This document shows, piece by piece, positions 10,364-19,957 of a stretch of 64,000 nucleotides of DNA. Each line of letters opens with the position of its first letter. The first letter of the stretch is position 1. The notes under the pieces are model-generated. The model made no database searches and had not been told where the DNA came from. It was given only the letters and a program-made list of their open reading frames with translations. Where the stretch lies: IMG/VR virus record IMGVR_UViG_3300028735_000003, positions 124,001 to 188,000 of that record; one strand, written 5' to 3'. A program made the translations under genes and the position numbers.

Positions 10364-10936
10364 TTATGAGGGGAAAATTATTAAATTCATTGATATTGGG
10401 ATTACATTAGCAACCCAATGTGTTTCTATAGAACTGCTACCACTTACCTGCACAGACAATACATTGGAAGAATATACTACTTGATAATAATATGAATTAT
10501 GCAAATATGGCGGCACGATATTAACCGATTCAATATTATATAGTAAACCTGAGATAGTTCTTAATACAATACGATCATACCAACATGATGTATGACCAAA
10601 AATATCAGTTGACATTATATGTACTAGAAGCGAACCATAAACATTATCCCCCCAAGGTATAGATATTATATTTGTATAGCCGTCATCATACGTGATGACA
10701 GAACCAAAATAACCATCAGATGGTCCAGTTGGTCCAGTAGCTCCAGTTGGTCCAGTAGCTCCAGTTGGTCCAGTAGCTCCAGTTGGTCCAGTAGCTCCAG
10801 TTGGTCCAGTAGCTCCAGTTGGTCCAGTAGCTCCAGTTGGTCCAGTAGCTCCAGTTGCACCACTAGGCACACTAGAATCAATAACGTATTTTAGTCCATC
10901 CCATTTTAGATATCCTGGATTTGGCAATGATGTCAT
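10364..10936 (-). CDS. Short collagen-like protein with (GATGPT)7, 2 DGY motifs
   Basis: G-X-T tract. Start moved to MTSLP (ATG 10936), which is preceded by a GAGGA RBS. Confidence 0.75.
   Translation of the reverse strand: MTSLPNPGYLKWDGLKYVIDSSVPSGATGATGPTGATGPTGATGPTGATGPTGATGPTGATGPTGATGPTGPSDGYFGSVITYDDGYTNIISIPWGDNVYGSLLVHIMSTDIFGHTSCWYDRIVLRTISGLLYNIESVNIVPPYLHNSYYYQVVYSSNVLSVQVSGSSSIETHWVANVIPISMNLIIFPS
10729..10854. repeat. Perfect 18-bp tandem repeat x7 (ttggtccagtagctccag) encoding the GATGPT collagen repeat
   Basis: Seven identical units counted directly. Confidence 0.95.
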
Positions 10937-11133
10937 ATCGTCCTCATAGCGGCGCCATATACGATATGATATCAAAAAAATAGTATGATCACAGGTCAGA
11001 TATCAATTTTTTAAATTCATCACTGGATAATTCTACAGCGTTAGTAATTTTTTTTAATGGGTTTTCATGATCTTTAGCTTGAATAATTATTAATACCTTA
11101 CCGCCATCTGTCTTTCTTGCTTCTATAAATGAT

Positions 11134-11955
11134 TTATCTGAAAATTGAATTTTCATAAAAAGCGCTCCTATCTGTTATCACCTCAACATGATCTTCATGG
11201 ATATAAACTGAATGTTCAGCATGAGCACAAATTCCATCTGCTTGAACCGTCCAACCATCATATAAAATTCTAGTGCCAGTAGTTCCTTGAACAAGCATAG
11301 GCTCAATTGCTATAACCAGTCCAGGTTGAATTCTTATTCCAATTTCTGGTTCAGATTTATTATCAACAAATGGAGCGGCATGGAGAGTATTCCAAGATAA
11401 ACCATGACCACCATATTTCGTTATCACAGAAAAACCATTACCTTTAGCTGATTTATATATGGCGTTACCAATAACTCCAAGATGTTTATTTACAGATATT
11501 GCGCTTATGCCTTTGTTTAGAGCCTCATATGTTGACTCAATTAATTTAGTATGCCAAGCATATTTTGGCTTTCCATAAATGCAGGTAATAGCAGTATCAG
11601 CAATAGCCCCCTCATATGTAACACCAATATCAAATGTAACCAAATCACCATCTTGCAAATGATAATCGGAAGGAATACCGTGTACTAATTGATTATTTAC
11701 AGAAGTACAAACGGCTGACGGAAATCCTTTGTATCCTTTGAATGTTGGAATGCATCCATTATCCACAACAATCTTTTCAGCAAGATTATCTAATTCTATT
11801 AGAGATAGGTTGGTTTTGTTTTTAACTTCCTGTTCTAAAATAACCAAAGCCTTAGCGGCTATCTTTCCAGCATATCTTTGTTTTTCTAGCCACTCATTAT
11901 TTTGTAATGGAAAAAAGCCGTTCTTATCGAACAGCTCTCGTGTTATAACTCTCAT
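11134..11955 (-). CDS. map: Methionine aminopeptidase type I
   Basis: GYKGFPSAVCTSVNNQLVHGIP, metal ligands in DIG...AD, GHG..LH, IAIEPM, DGWTV and AHAEHSV motifs. Confidence 0.95.
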   Translation of the reverse strand: MRVITRELFDKNGFFPLQNNEWLEKQRYAGKIAAKALVILEQEVKNKTNLSLIELDNLAEKIVVDNGCIPTFKGYKGFPSAVCTSVNNQLVHGIPSDYHLQDGDLVTFDIGVTYEGAIADTAITCIYGKPKYAWHTKLIESTYEALNKGISAISVNKHLGVIGNAIYKSAKGNGFSVITKYGGHGLSWNTLHAAPFVDNKSEPEIGIRIQPGLVIAIEPMLVQGTTGTRILYDGWTVQADGICAHAEHSVYIHEDHVEVITDRSAFYENSIFR

Positions 11956-11975
11956 ATTACTTGACCTTCGAGCAA

Positions 11976-12227
11976 TTACTTTATCAAACCGGATTTAATA
12001 TTTGTAATTTTGGCAGCTTCTTTAATAGCATCTTTGACACTTGAGTAATCTATATAATCTTTGAAAGCAGGTGTCTGTAACAATGCTACTATCTTTTTAT
12101 CTAACATTAACAGCGTATTATTCATTTCTGTAACGGTAGCTCTATCAAGAGTAGGATTGCCCATAGTATTAGATAAATATTGTCTTATCTGGATTAGATT
12201 GGTTATTTCAGTTAAATCCACTTTCAT
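11976..12227 (-). CDS. Hypothetical protein
   Basis: ORF tightly packed between its neighbours; start moved to MKVDL (12227), just after the upstream stop. Confidence 0.6.
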   Translation of the reverse strand: MKVDLTEITNLIQIRQYLSNTMGNPTLDRATVTEMNNTLLMLDKKIVALLQTPAFKDYIDYSSVKDAIKEAAKITNIKSGLIK

Positions 12228-12228
12228 C

Positions 12229-12498
12229 TCACTTTTGCTGATGCTGTTGTGCTCCGCCACGTATGATTGCACCATTTTCATCTATTGCATCGGCTTCTGT
12301 TAAACCATATTTCATATATAGTTGCAAAACTACATATTTATATGACAATTCTGCGGTCTCATTTTGAGCTAAAGCCTTTTCTGCTTGGGCTAGAGCTACT
12401 AATCTTTTAGATTTCGCCAGCTCTAACGCCATCCTATCAACATCCTGCAACTTATCAACTGATTGTGTGGCTTGTATGTCTTTCATTTCTTCAACCAT
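12229..12498 (-). CDS. Hypothetical helical/coiled-coil protein
   Basis: 89-aa ORF with an AGGAG RBS. Confidence 0.65.
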   Translation of the reverse strand: MVEEMKDIQATQSVDKLQDVDRMALELAKSKRLVALAQAEKALAQNETAELSYKYVVLQLYMKYGLTEADAIDENGAIIRGGAQQHQQK

Positions 12499-12507
12499 AG
12501 TAACTCC

Positions 12508-14892
12508 TTACAAAATTTCTGAAGCTAATGTAGCTAACTTGCTACGTTCTCCTTGTGTAAATGTAATATGTCCAGCCAGATCGGATCCTTTAAATTTTTC
12601 AATTACATAAGTTAATCCATTACTGGTCGCATCCAACATAGAATTATCAATTTGCTCTATATCGCCAGTAAGAATAATTTTTGAGTTTTCACCAGCCCTT
12701 GTAAGAACGGTTTTCACATCTTCTTTAGAAAGATTCTGACAGTTATGAGCAATTAATCCGCCCATAGTATTTCGAGATGAAGAACATACTATAAAATTAT
12801 GATTATCTTCTACCTCTAAATCATATACAATTTCTTTCTCTGATAGTATATCTATACTATCTACTATTGTTAACCCATAATTATTAAATTTATTAGACCA
12901 AATATAACTACCTATTTCTGGATTGTTAGCACTATCATATATTTTATGATGTAAATCAGTATGTACATATGGAGAAATTATCTCGCATAATTTCAAATAA
13001 CCATTTTTATTCATATAAATTGAATAATATCCTGATTTCTTGTATTTCATAGGTGAGAATTTATAATTACAATCTATACCCATTGATTGTAATTTTTGTA
13101 CCATTCTTTTTTGAGAATCTTCGTTAAAGGAACATGTAGATATAGTAGCATTAACATTGTTTTGTACGCTACCACTGTCCATAAACCAAATAGCTAATCC
13201 TCGTGCGTCTAATCTATCTAAAATCCACTGGGGGCAAGTTGTTTTATTTTTAGGAAACTCATTAGGTAGAGCGAACATTTCACTAGAGAATTTAATATAT
13301 GGTTTTTTAGAATATCCATTATTAATGATTTCGTTCGTGTTTGAATTAAACATGAACGCTTTCCATTTACAATATTCCTCTTGTTGTTTCCCGTGAACTA
13401 CTCGCAATCTATATCTGTTAAGTCCATGATTTGATATATTCCCGTCACCAAGAAATGATCCTAATATTATTTGTAATTGATCATTATTAACTGATTTTAA
13501 TAAGTGATGACCATCAGGTGATGTGGTTTTGATTAAATCACCCCTTTGTAATTTATTGGCTTCAACCCAACCATTTTCTGTTAAAAACTTATGATTTTCT
13601 GTACATTTAATTTTTCTATTACCACATGTTATTTGAAGTAAATCCCTTTCACCTCTATTCCATGCATTAATTATCTTTTTATATTCAAATTGATTGGTGT
13701 GTTCATTATATGATTTAACAAGAGGCAATTCTTTTTTATTGTTCCACATATCATAAAGAGTACCAATACGTTTTTTACCAGAGTTAGTTTCTATATTTTG
13801 TTCGTAGGGGAAACATTCATCTAATAGAATGATGGCATTAGGAATGCTTCTACCACGAATGTAAGTAATAGCCTCCATTTCAATTCTGCCCCTTTTTACA
13901 TACATTTCTAATTCTCGACGCCAGTCGCCGCCATTTTTACTAGTAAAAAGTGTTTCAAAGTTATCCATAATAGCTTGAAACCAGGGCGCAAGTTTTTCTT
14001 CCATAGTTCCTGGTAAAAATCCGATATCATTACCAACAGATTGAATTGGTCTGTATATGATAAGCCTATCGTACTCTTTTCTATTAATTACTAGTTCTAG
14101 GGCAGTAGCTAATACAACTAAGCTCTTACCAGTTCCAGCTCTGCCAATTAGTGTTACCAAATCAATATTCTTATCCATAATCATATCAATGGCACACAAT
14201 TGTTCCTTGTTTCTAGCAGAAAGATGCCAAGGATAAATCTTTTTAATTATCTCTAATTTATTCGGAGATGTTTGTCTGGCTAGAGCTATATCGTTTCCCG
14301 AAGAATCTTCGAAATAAGCGCACTCATTTGGATTAAGTTCTATACCATATAGAGCGGGGTTAATAATACCTTTCTTTTGTAAATCCAATGCTGCGTCATC
14401 ATTCTTAATTGTTTGGATTCCAGCATATAGATCACTTAAAGAACACCTAGGTACTTCGTGTGCTATAGCATTTATTCCTCTAGATTTAGCTTTTATTCTT
14501 AGATTAATATCATTGCTTACAAGTATAACTTCTTTATCTGGATTATTATTATGTATTACAAATGTTGATACAAGAATTTGAGTATCAGGATAATAAGGGT
14601 CTCCAAAACCTTTATATTTATCTTCCATTAAATCATAATATGTGGCATCTACTTTAAGTAGAATGTCGTCGTCTAATAAGACGCCCTTGCTAATATCTCC
14701 AAGTTCAGTAATTTTGTCAAGTAATCTGCAGCATACTCTTGAGTTCTTTCCGACCTCACCGACCGATACTTTCTTTTTATCTAGTTCGTTAATAACTGTG
14801 ATAGGAATAATTACATCACTATTTTTGAAATATTTATAAGCTGCAGGGTCATCAATTAAAACAGAGGTATCTAGTATGTGTATTTTTCTCAT
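12508..14892 (-). CDS. phoH: PIN-domain PhoH-family ATPase (PhoH2/YlaK-like) with an intein
   Basis: N-terminal PIN (ILDTSVLI...LVSNDINLRIKA), Walker A GRAGTGKS, GFLPG, YIRGRS, Walker B ILLDE|intein|CQN, TRAGE, GDIEQID. Confidence 0.92.
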   Translation of the reverse strand: MRKIHILDTSVLIDDPAAYKYFKNSDVIIPITVINELDKKKVSVGEVGKNSRVCCRLLDKITELGDISKGVLLDDDILLKVDATYYDLMEDKYKGFGDPYYPDTQILVSTFVIHNNNPDKEVILVSNDINLRIKAKSRGINAIAHEVPRCSLSDLYAGIQTIKNDDAALDLQKKGIINPALYGIELNPNECAYFEDSSGNDIALARQTSPNKLEIIKKIYPWHLSARNKEQLCAIDMIMDKNIDLVTLIGRAGTGKSLVVLATALELVINRKEYDRLIIYRPIQSVGNDIGFLPGTMEEKLAPWFQAIMDNFETLFTSKNGGDWRRELEMYVKRGRIEMEAITYIRGRSIPNAIILLDECFPYEQNIETNSGKKRIGTLYDMWNNKKELPLVKSYNEHTNQFEYKKIINAWNRGERDLLQITCGNRKIKCTENHKFLTENGWVEANKLQRGDLIKTTSPDGHHLLKSVNNDQLQIILGSFLGDGNISNHGLNRYRLRVVHGKQQEEYCKWKAFMFNSNTNEIINNGYSKKPYIKFSSEMFALPNEFPKNKTTCPQWILDRLDARGLAIWFMDSGSVQNNVNATISTCSFNEDSQKRMVQKLQSMGIDCNYKFSPMKYKKSGYYSIYMNKNGYLKLCEIISPYVHTDLHHKIYDSANNPEIGSYIWSNKFNNYGLTIVDSIDILSEKEIVYDLEVEDNHNFIVCSSSRNTMGGLIAHNCQNLSKEDVKTVLTRAGENSKIILTGDIEQIDNSMLDATSNGLTYVIEKFKGSDLAGHITFTQGERSKLATLASEIL
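12742..13815 (-). mobile_element. Intein (358 aa) with LAGLIDADG domain in PhoH
   Basis: Starts CFPY after Walker B DE; block B CTENHKF; ends VYDLEVEDNHNF...IAHN|C; endonuclease motifs LGSFLGDG and AIWFMDSG. Confidence 0.92.
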
Positions 14893-15275
14893 TATGTCTC
14901 TTGTTGTTCAAATATCGTCCAAAAATTAATCGTCATTTCCATATACAATTGTTTTTTGGGATCAAGTTCTCGTAGATCGCGCTTAAGCTTATATGTGCTT
15001 TTAAACCATTCTCCTACCAATTCTTTGTCTACATAAACCTGCATATGTCCATCTAAATCATCTATAACTTGAATTCCGTAAGTAGCTAATATACTACGTA
15101 ATTTAATTCTTTGATCGATAGACAGAGATGTATCCGTAGTCCAAAATTCTTCAATTGGAACGCCCATTTGTTCTAACAAGCCTCGAAGAAATCTAGTTTT
15201 TTCCTCTTCTTCAACTTGTTTTACGTTCTCATTGTAATTGAGAAGGATAGTCCCTTGCATCTGCAATAATACCAA
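14892..15275 (-). CDS. Hypothetical protein
   Basis: 127-aa ORF whose stop is coupled to the phoH start. Confidence 0.65.
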   Translation of the reverse strand: MVLLQMQGTILLNYNENVKQVEEEEKTRFLRGLLEQMGVPIEEFWTTDTSLSIDQRIKLRSILATYGIQVIDDLDGHMQVYVDKELVGEWFKSTYKLKRDLRELDPKKQLYMEMTINFWTIFEQQET

Positions 15276-15301
15276 TTAATTCATAGTGTTAGATTTTTAT
15301 G

Positions 15302-18300
15302 TTAACCGCATTTGCTAAATTTCTTGCAAGCTGAACACTTCATACAACCTTCTTCATATATAATTGAATTCTCAGCACCACATTCTGGACACTTTTTTTC
15401 TGAAGCACTACTGGTTCCATCTTTGATGTATGCCTTCAATACTCTGGCTATAACACGAGAAAACGATGTCATTTCTGAAAACTTATCTTTTGTTAATTGT
15501 TCTACAACAAATTGAATAGGTGTACCATGTCTAATTGCTAGAGATAATGTGCGCGTAAACGCGCCATAATTTTTGTTTTCAAAGATGTTTGCAATGTCTT
15601 TTACTATCATTTGATCATCACCTTCGCCTACAACCAAGTTATAGGCAGTGATTCCGTCTGCATTCTTACCATTCTTAACTATCTTGCCAGACTTATATTT
15701 ATTAGGAATATCTATGAACTTGGACAGCCCTCCAAAAACTTCATATGGAGCGCCATTGAGCAATCCTACGAATATTGTCCAAGCTTCTCCGTCAATCTTA
15801 GACTTTTTAATATGACAGGGCAGTTCTAATGGTCGTTTAGGCGCAGTATGAGGCTCTATATTTGCTGGGCGACCGTTAATATGTTTTGGTTTTTGAGCAG
15901 AATTTTCGCTTACTAATACACCTGCGCGACACCCTTCACGATATACAGTAAACCCCTTGCATCCAAGCTCCCAAGCCTTCATATATACTTCTGACACTAA
16001 CTCCTTAGTTGCATTTGCTGGAAGGTTACATGTTTTACTTATAGAATGATCCACTGATTTTTGTGCGGCAGCCTGAATAGCTACAGAAGCGACCCAATCT
16101 ATTTCTGTCGCAGTAGCACCCCAATACGGAGATTTTGTAATATCGTCATTACCAGTAACTTCCATCCATTTCTTTATACCAGGATGATAGATTGTAAATT
16201 CTTGCCACTTATCACCCAACGCATCAACGAAATCTACCCTCGCATTTTTATCCGAAGGATTTATCTTCTTGCGACGAACATAAGTCAACATGTACGCCGG
16301 CTCAATTCCAGAGGTTGTTCTGGTTAATGTAGATACAGAACCTGTAGGCGCTGTCGTAGTCAAAGCTATATTCCTTCTTCCAGTTTTCTTCCACATTGCC
16401 CTTGTTGATCTACTTACATCTTTCATTATGCTATTTAGATATGGATGGTCTTTCTCCTTGTTGTAATTAAAAACGGGGAAAGCACCGCGTTCTTTAGCCA
16501 TTATACACGAAGATGTATGTGCAGCCACAGCCAAAGCATGATAAATATCGTATGTTAGCTTAATAGATTCCTCAGAGCCATATTTAATATTCATCATCGC
16601 AATTGTATCGCCAAGCGCAGTTGGTCCTAAACCAGTTCTTCTTCCACCAATAATAGCTTTTCTAATCTTATTCCATAGATTTAGTTCAACTAATTTTACT
16701 TCCATTGGTTCAGGATCTGAATTGACCTTTGCAAGTATTCTATCAATCGCTTCAATCTCAAGATCGACAATATCATCCATTAATCTTTGAGCAATAATTG
16801 CGTGTTTATGGAACAATTCATAATCAAATGCTGCGTCCTTAGTAAATGGATTTTTAACATAAGATGACAAATTTATAACTAATAATCGACAAGCATCATA
16901 TGCGCTAAGTACGATTTCTCCACACTGTGGTATAGATATTCCAGAAAACCATTTATTGTTTTGATGTTCATTAATTTTTGTAATAACAGAAACAGTATGA
17001 TTGTCATCTACAGTAATATTATACACAGTATGTTCGCCGCTTAATTCTTCTATTCTTACAACTTTATTATAAGTATTGCTAGACCCAGATATTTCTTCGA
17101 AATTTTCAGGACTGAATTTTATTGGTTTTCTAATTTCTTTAGAATCAGAATTTTTATTTATATAAATATTTTTACAAATTGTTGAACAAACAGACGATTC
17201 TCTATGCAAATGATCTATTTCAAATTCATTATTACAAACTTCGCATGTTCGTTTAACTAAAACAATACCATCTTCAATTCTGGCATCATAATTTTGAGAT
17301 AACATATCACGATATATTTTAATAATTCTAGGATCTTCATTTACAAAATCAAGACCCAACTCAACCGCACATAATCTAGAAAGATTAATAATAGATTTTA
17401 TATTATTTTGTCCAAATATAGAAAAAGTTTGTGGTAAATTATTGTCTTTAGCATAAGTCTGCCAATCTTGATAAGAAAATCTTCTTCCCAATAATTTAGT
17501 TAATTCAATTGCTTTTTCTTTTATTCTGTCTGATATGAACCAAGAATAATTTCTATTATTATCATCATTCTTAATGGGCTCTAAATCCTTAGTAAATCCT
17601 GGCAATGAATCACCAATTTTTAGATTTTTAGCCTCTTTTTGTGTTCCATCCAATAATAGATATTTATGGTCTGGCGTTGTATCTACAAATGAACCATCAT
17701 CTAAATGAACTCTAACAAGTTTTTTGTTATAACCAGTTACTCTTGGATGGCGTCCCATTTTAATCTCAACCATTCCGGTTTTTTTATTCATAGAATAAAC
17801 CGGTACGTCTTTGTTTTCATCCGCTAATTGTTTTATAGTTACGGCGTTTCTGCCATCAGCAACAGCAATTAATGTATTCTCAGAAAAACATGGATTTGTA
17901 GAGATAGACCCGTAACCCTCTTCTTCATAAATATCGGATGGAGTATTTCTTTTAACATGATCCCAGAATAGTAATCCTGGTTCTGCATTATTCCATGCAG
18001 AATCAACTATTTGATTCCAGATATCTCTTGCTCTGACTTTTTTGGTAATTTTAGCATCTTCTACACTCAAATCAACTGGCCAACGTAGGATATATTCTTC
18101 GTCGCGAGCTATTGCGTACATAAAATCATCGTATATTCGTATTGAATTGTTAGCACCAGTTACTCTCTTTAAATCACGTTTGATATTGATAAAAGTTTCA
18201 ATCTCTGGGTGTTTTCCAGAAATCGTAAGCATTTCTGCGCCTCTTCTACCATTTTGAGCAACTTCCCTACATGTATTAGAGAAACGGTCCATAAATACAC

Positions 18301-18787
18301 CAATGCCATCTGTTGTCTTGGCTGCATTGTTAGTTATTGCATTTTTAGGTCTAATACCAGATATATCAGCACCACAGCCGCCCCGGCGTTTCATAATCTG
18401 CGCAAACTCTTGATCTGCTAACATGATTCCGCCGTATGAATCTAATTGACTTGAATACACACCCTGAATTACAAAACAATTAGACAAACTCTGCAATTGA
18501 TATTTATTACCGATTGCAGACATAGGGCTGCCTTGTGGAACAATATATTTGAACCCATCTAATAAATCGAATATTTCCTCTTCAGATAAAGGGTTAGGAT
18601 ATTTGTTTTCGATTCTTGCGAGTTCTTTTGCAATACGACGATGCATATCTTTTGGCGTTAACTCAAGATATACCCCTTCATTATTTTGTAGAGCATATTT
18701 ATCGACGAATACTTTGGCAGCAAATTCATCTCCATCAAAATATTCTAAAGTAGCATCAAACACCTGAGAGTATACATATCCTGTCAT
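15302..18787 (-). CDS. nrdJ: Class II (B12-dependent) ribonucleotide reductase with intein and C-terminal zinc ribbon
   Basis: SNCFV, RRGAEM, AEPGLLFWD, TNP|intein|CGE, RRTGLG, APTGSVS, SISKTCN, KGFTVYREG, C-terminal CPEC...CSAC. No NrdB gene in the window. Confidence 0.9.
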   Translation of the reverse strand: MTGYVYSQVFDATLEYFDGDEFAAKVFVDKYALQNNEGVYLELTPKDMHRRIAKELARIENKYPNPLSEEEIFDLLDGFKYIVPQGSPMSAIGNKYQLQSLSNCFVIQGVYSSQLDSYGGIMLADQEFAQIMKRRGGCGADISGIRPKNAITNNAAKTTDGIGVFMDRFSNTCREVAQNGRRGAEMLTISGKHPEIETFINIKRDLKRVTGANNSIRIYDDFMYAIARDEEYILRWPVDLSVEDAKITKKVRARDIWNQIVDSAWNNAEPGLLFWDHVKRNTPSDIYEEEGYGSISTNPCFSENTLIAVADGRNAVTIKQLADENKDVPVYSMNKKTGMVEIKMGRHPRVTGYNKKLVRVHLDDGSFVDTTPDHKYLLLDGTQKEAKNLKIGDSLPGFTKDLEPIKNDDNNRNYSWFISDRIKEKAIELTKLLGRRFSYQDWQTYAKDNNLPQTFSIFGQNNIKSIINLSRLCAVELGLDFVNEDPRIIKIYRDMLSQNYDARIEDGIVLVKRTCEVCNNEFEIDHLHRESSVCSTICKNIYINKNSDSKEIRKPIKFSPENFEEISGSSNTYNKVVRIEELSGEHTVYNITVDDNHTVSVITKINEHQNNKWFSGISIPQCGEIVLSAYDACRLLVINLSSYVKNPFTKDAAFDYELFHKHAIIAQRLMDDIVDLEIEAIDRILAKVNSDPEPMEVKLVELNLWNKIRKAIIGGRRTGLGPTALGDTIAMMNIKYGSEESIKLTYDIYHALAVAAHTSSCIMAKERGAFPVFNYNKEKDHPYLNSIMKDVSRSTRAMWKKTGRRNIALTTTAPTGSVSTLTRTTSGIEPAYMLTYVRRKKINPSDKNARVDFVDALGDKWQEFTIYHPGIKKWMEVTGNDDITKSPYWGATATEIDWVASVAIQAAAQKSVDHSISKTCNLPANATKELVSEVYMKAWELGCKGFTVYREGCRAGVLVSENSAQKPKHINGRPANIEPHTAPKRPLELPCHIKKSKIDGEAWTIFVGLLNGAPYEVFGGLSKFIDIPNKYKSGKIVKNGKNADGITAYNLVVGEGDDQMIVKDIANIFENKNYGAFTRTLSLAIRHGTPIQFVVEQLTKDKFSEMTSFSRVIARVLKAYIKDGTSSASEKKCPECGAENSIIYEEGCMKCSACKKFSKCG
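16925..17890 (-). mobile_element. Intein (322 aa) ending in Gln, inserted at the RNR active-site NP|CGE
   Basis: Starts CFSENT; block B TTPDHKY; block F VYNITVDDNH; ends ...SIPQ|CGEI. No LAGLIDADG; internal CxxC...CxxxC. Confidence 0.88.
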
Positions 18788-18833
18788 AATTCATCCTTGC
18801 ATAGAATTAAGATAACACAAACAACATTACCAT

Positions 18834-19463
18834 TTATATTCTAATATGCTCTTTCATTACTGATAGAGAGGTATTAATCATTTTTATACAATTGATTCTT
18901 GAGATGTTCAGCTTCTTACAGATCTTGTTTATTGACATTGGTTTCTCCCCGTCAATACCATAAGCAAGATTAATAACCTCTTGTTGTTCTTTAGTTAATA
19001 AAGAAAATACAGATTTGATAGCATTTGTTAATTGATTTTTCTCAAGTTCTTTATCAGGACAATATGTTTCCTCAATCAATGTTGGCATTAATGCCTCTTT
19101 GTGTGGCGCATTATTCTTCGCAACCTTTAGAGGAAATCTAATAGCTGTATGTAGATTGGCGCTTCTAGATATTCTAGTGTCTATGTACTTATGCGCCCAC
19201 CAAAAGAAAGATCCTTTGTTTGGATTATAATTGTTCATCGACTTAATTAGCGCTTCAAATCCTTCCTGATTAAGATCTTCATAATTACTAAAAGTCTTAT
19301 AACGTCCTGTCTTCATAGTTACTAAATACTTGAACTTTTCCATACATAAAGCTTCATGTTTCTTTAACTTAACAATTATAGAACGATCCGCAGAATCTTT
19401 GTTCTTTGCTCTGAGATCAATAAGTGTCGTCATTAGGTCTTGGGCTTCTTGTTCTGTCAACAT
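18834..19463 (-). CDS. Phage-encoded sigma70-family sigma factor
   Basis: Region 2 (EDLNQEGFEALIKSMNNYNPNKGSFFWWAHKYI) and region 4 HTH (LTKEQQEVINLAYG...MSINKICKKLNISR). Confidence 0.85.
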   Translation of the reverse strand: MLTEQEAQDLMTTLIDLRAKNKDSADRSIIVKLKKHEALCMEKFKYLVTMKTGRYKTFSNYEDLNQEGFEALIKSMNNYNPNKGSFFWWAHKYIDTRISRSANLHTAIRFPLKVAKNNAPHKEALMPTLIEETYCPDKELEKNQLTNAIKSVFSLLTKEQQEVINLAYGIDGEKPMSINKICKKLNISRINCIKMINTSLSVMKEHIRI

Positions 19464-19690
19464 TCTTGTTCTCTCTTAATTAAAGTACTGATATACTGGA
19501 ATATTGATATTGGTATAATAATACCATTTATAGGTCAATTTATATAAACGTTTAGATATTGACTATTCTACCAATTCGATAATCGGCTCAACATAAGATT
19601 TTAATATCTCTTCATTATTTTGATACAATATACATTTCAATATATTGTTGGTGATTTATGTTTTATTGGTAGTAATGGATGACATGTTAG

Positions 19691-19891
19691 TTAGCTGTAA
19701 CCATTTCTTGCCCAGCCAGATCCTCCTTCTTTGAGTATAAAAGTAGCTCCTGGTGCAATCAGTCGAACTATCGTCTTGGGTGGCGATATGCCTTCATCAC
19801 GACATTTGGGACATTCAGTTAATACCTCTTTAATAGAATGAACTTCTTCAAATTCACCATGAATTTCACATTTGTAAAGATATGTAGGCAT
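19691..19891 (-). CDS. FmdB-family zinc-ribbon protein
   Basis: MPTYLYKCEIHGEFE...CPKC...RLI...F..K..GSGW; start moved to MPTY. Confidence 0.8.
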   Translation of the reverse strand: MPTYLYKCEIHGEFEEVHSIKEVLTECPKCRDEGISPPKTIVRLIAPGATFILKEGGSGWARNGYS

Positions 19892-19917
19892 AAATTTTCT
19901 CAACTTATAGAATAGTT

Positions 19918-19945
19918 AATATAACTTCCCCATTTTAATTGTCAA
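19918..19945 (-). promoter_or_regulatory. Candidate sigma70-type promoter TTGACA-N16-TATATT
   Basis: Minus-strand ttgacaattaaaatggggaagttatatt in the intergenic gap upstream of 19691..19891. Confidence 0.5.
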
Positions 19946-19957
19946 TAGTCAAAAAAG

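Noticed and set aside
10729-10854. CRISPR array
   Set aside because: The units are contiguous with no spacers and encode an in-frame collagen tract; no cas genes are present.
4877-10936. DGY enrichment as a DNA-level motif (methylation, restriction or recombination site)
   Set aside because: All four Gly codons and both Asp and Tyr codons are used, always in the same reading frame, so the constraint is on the protein.
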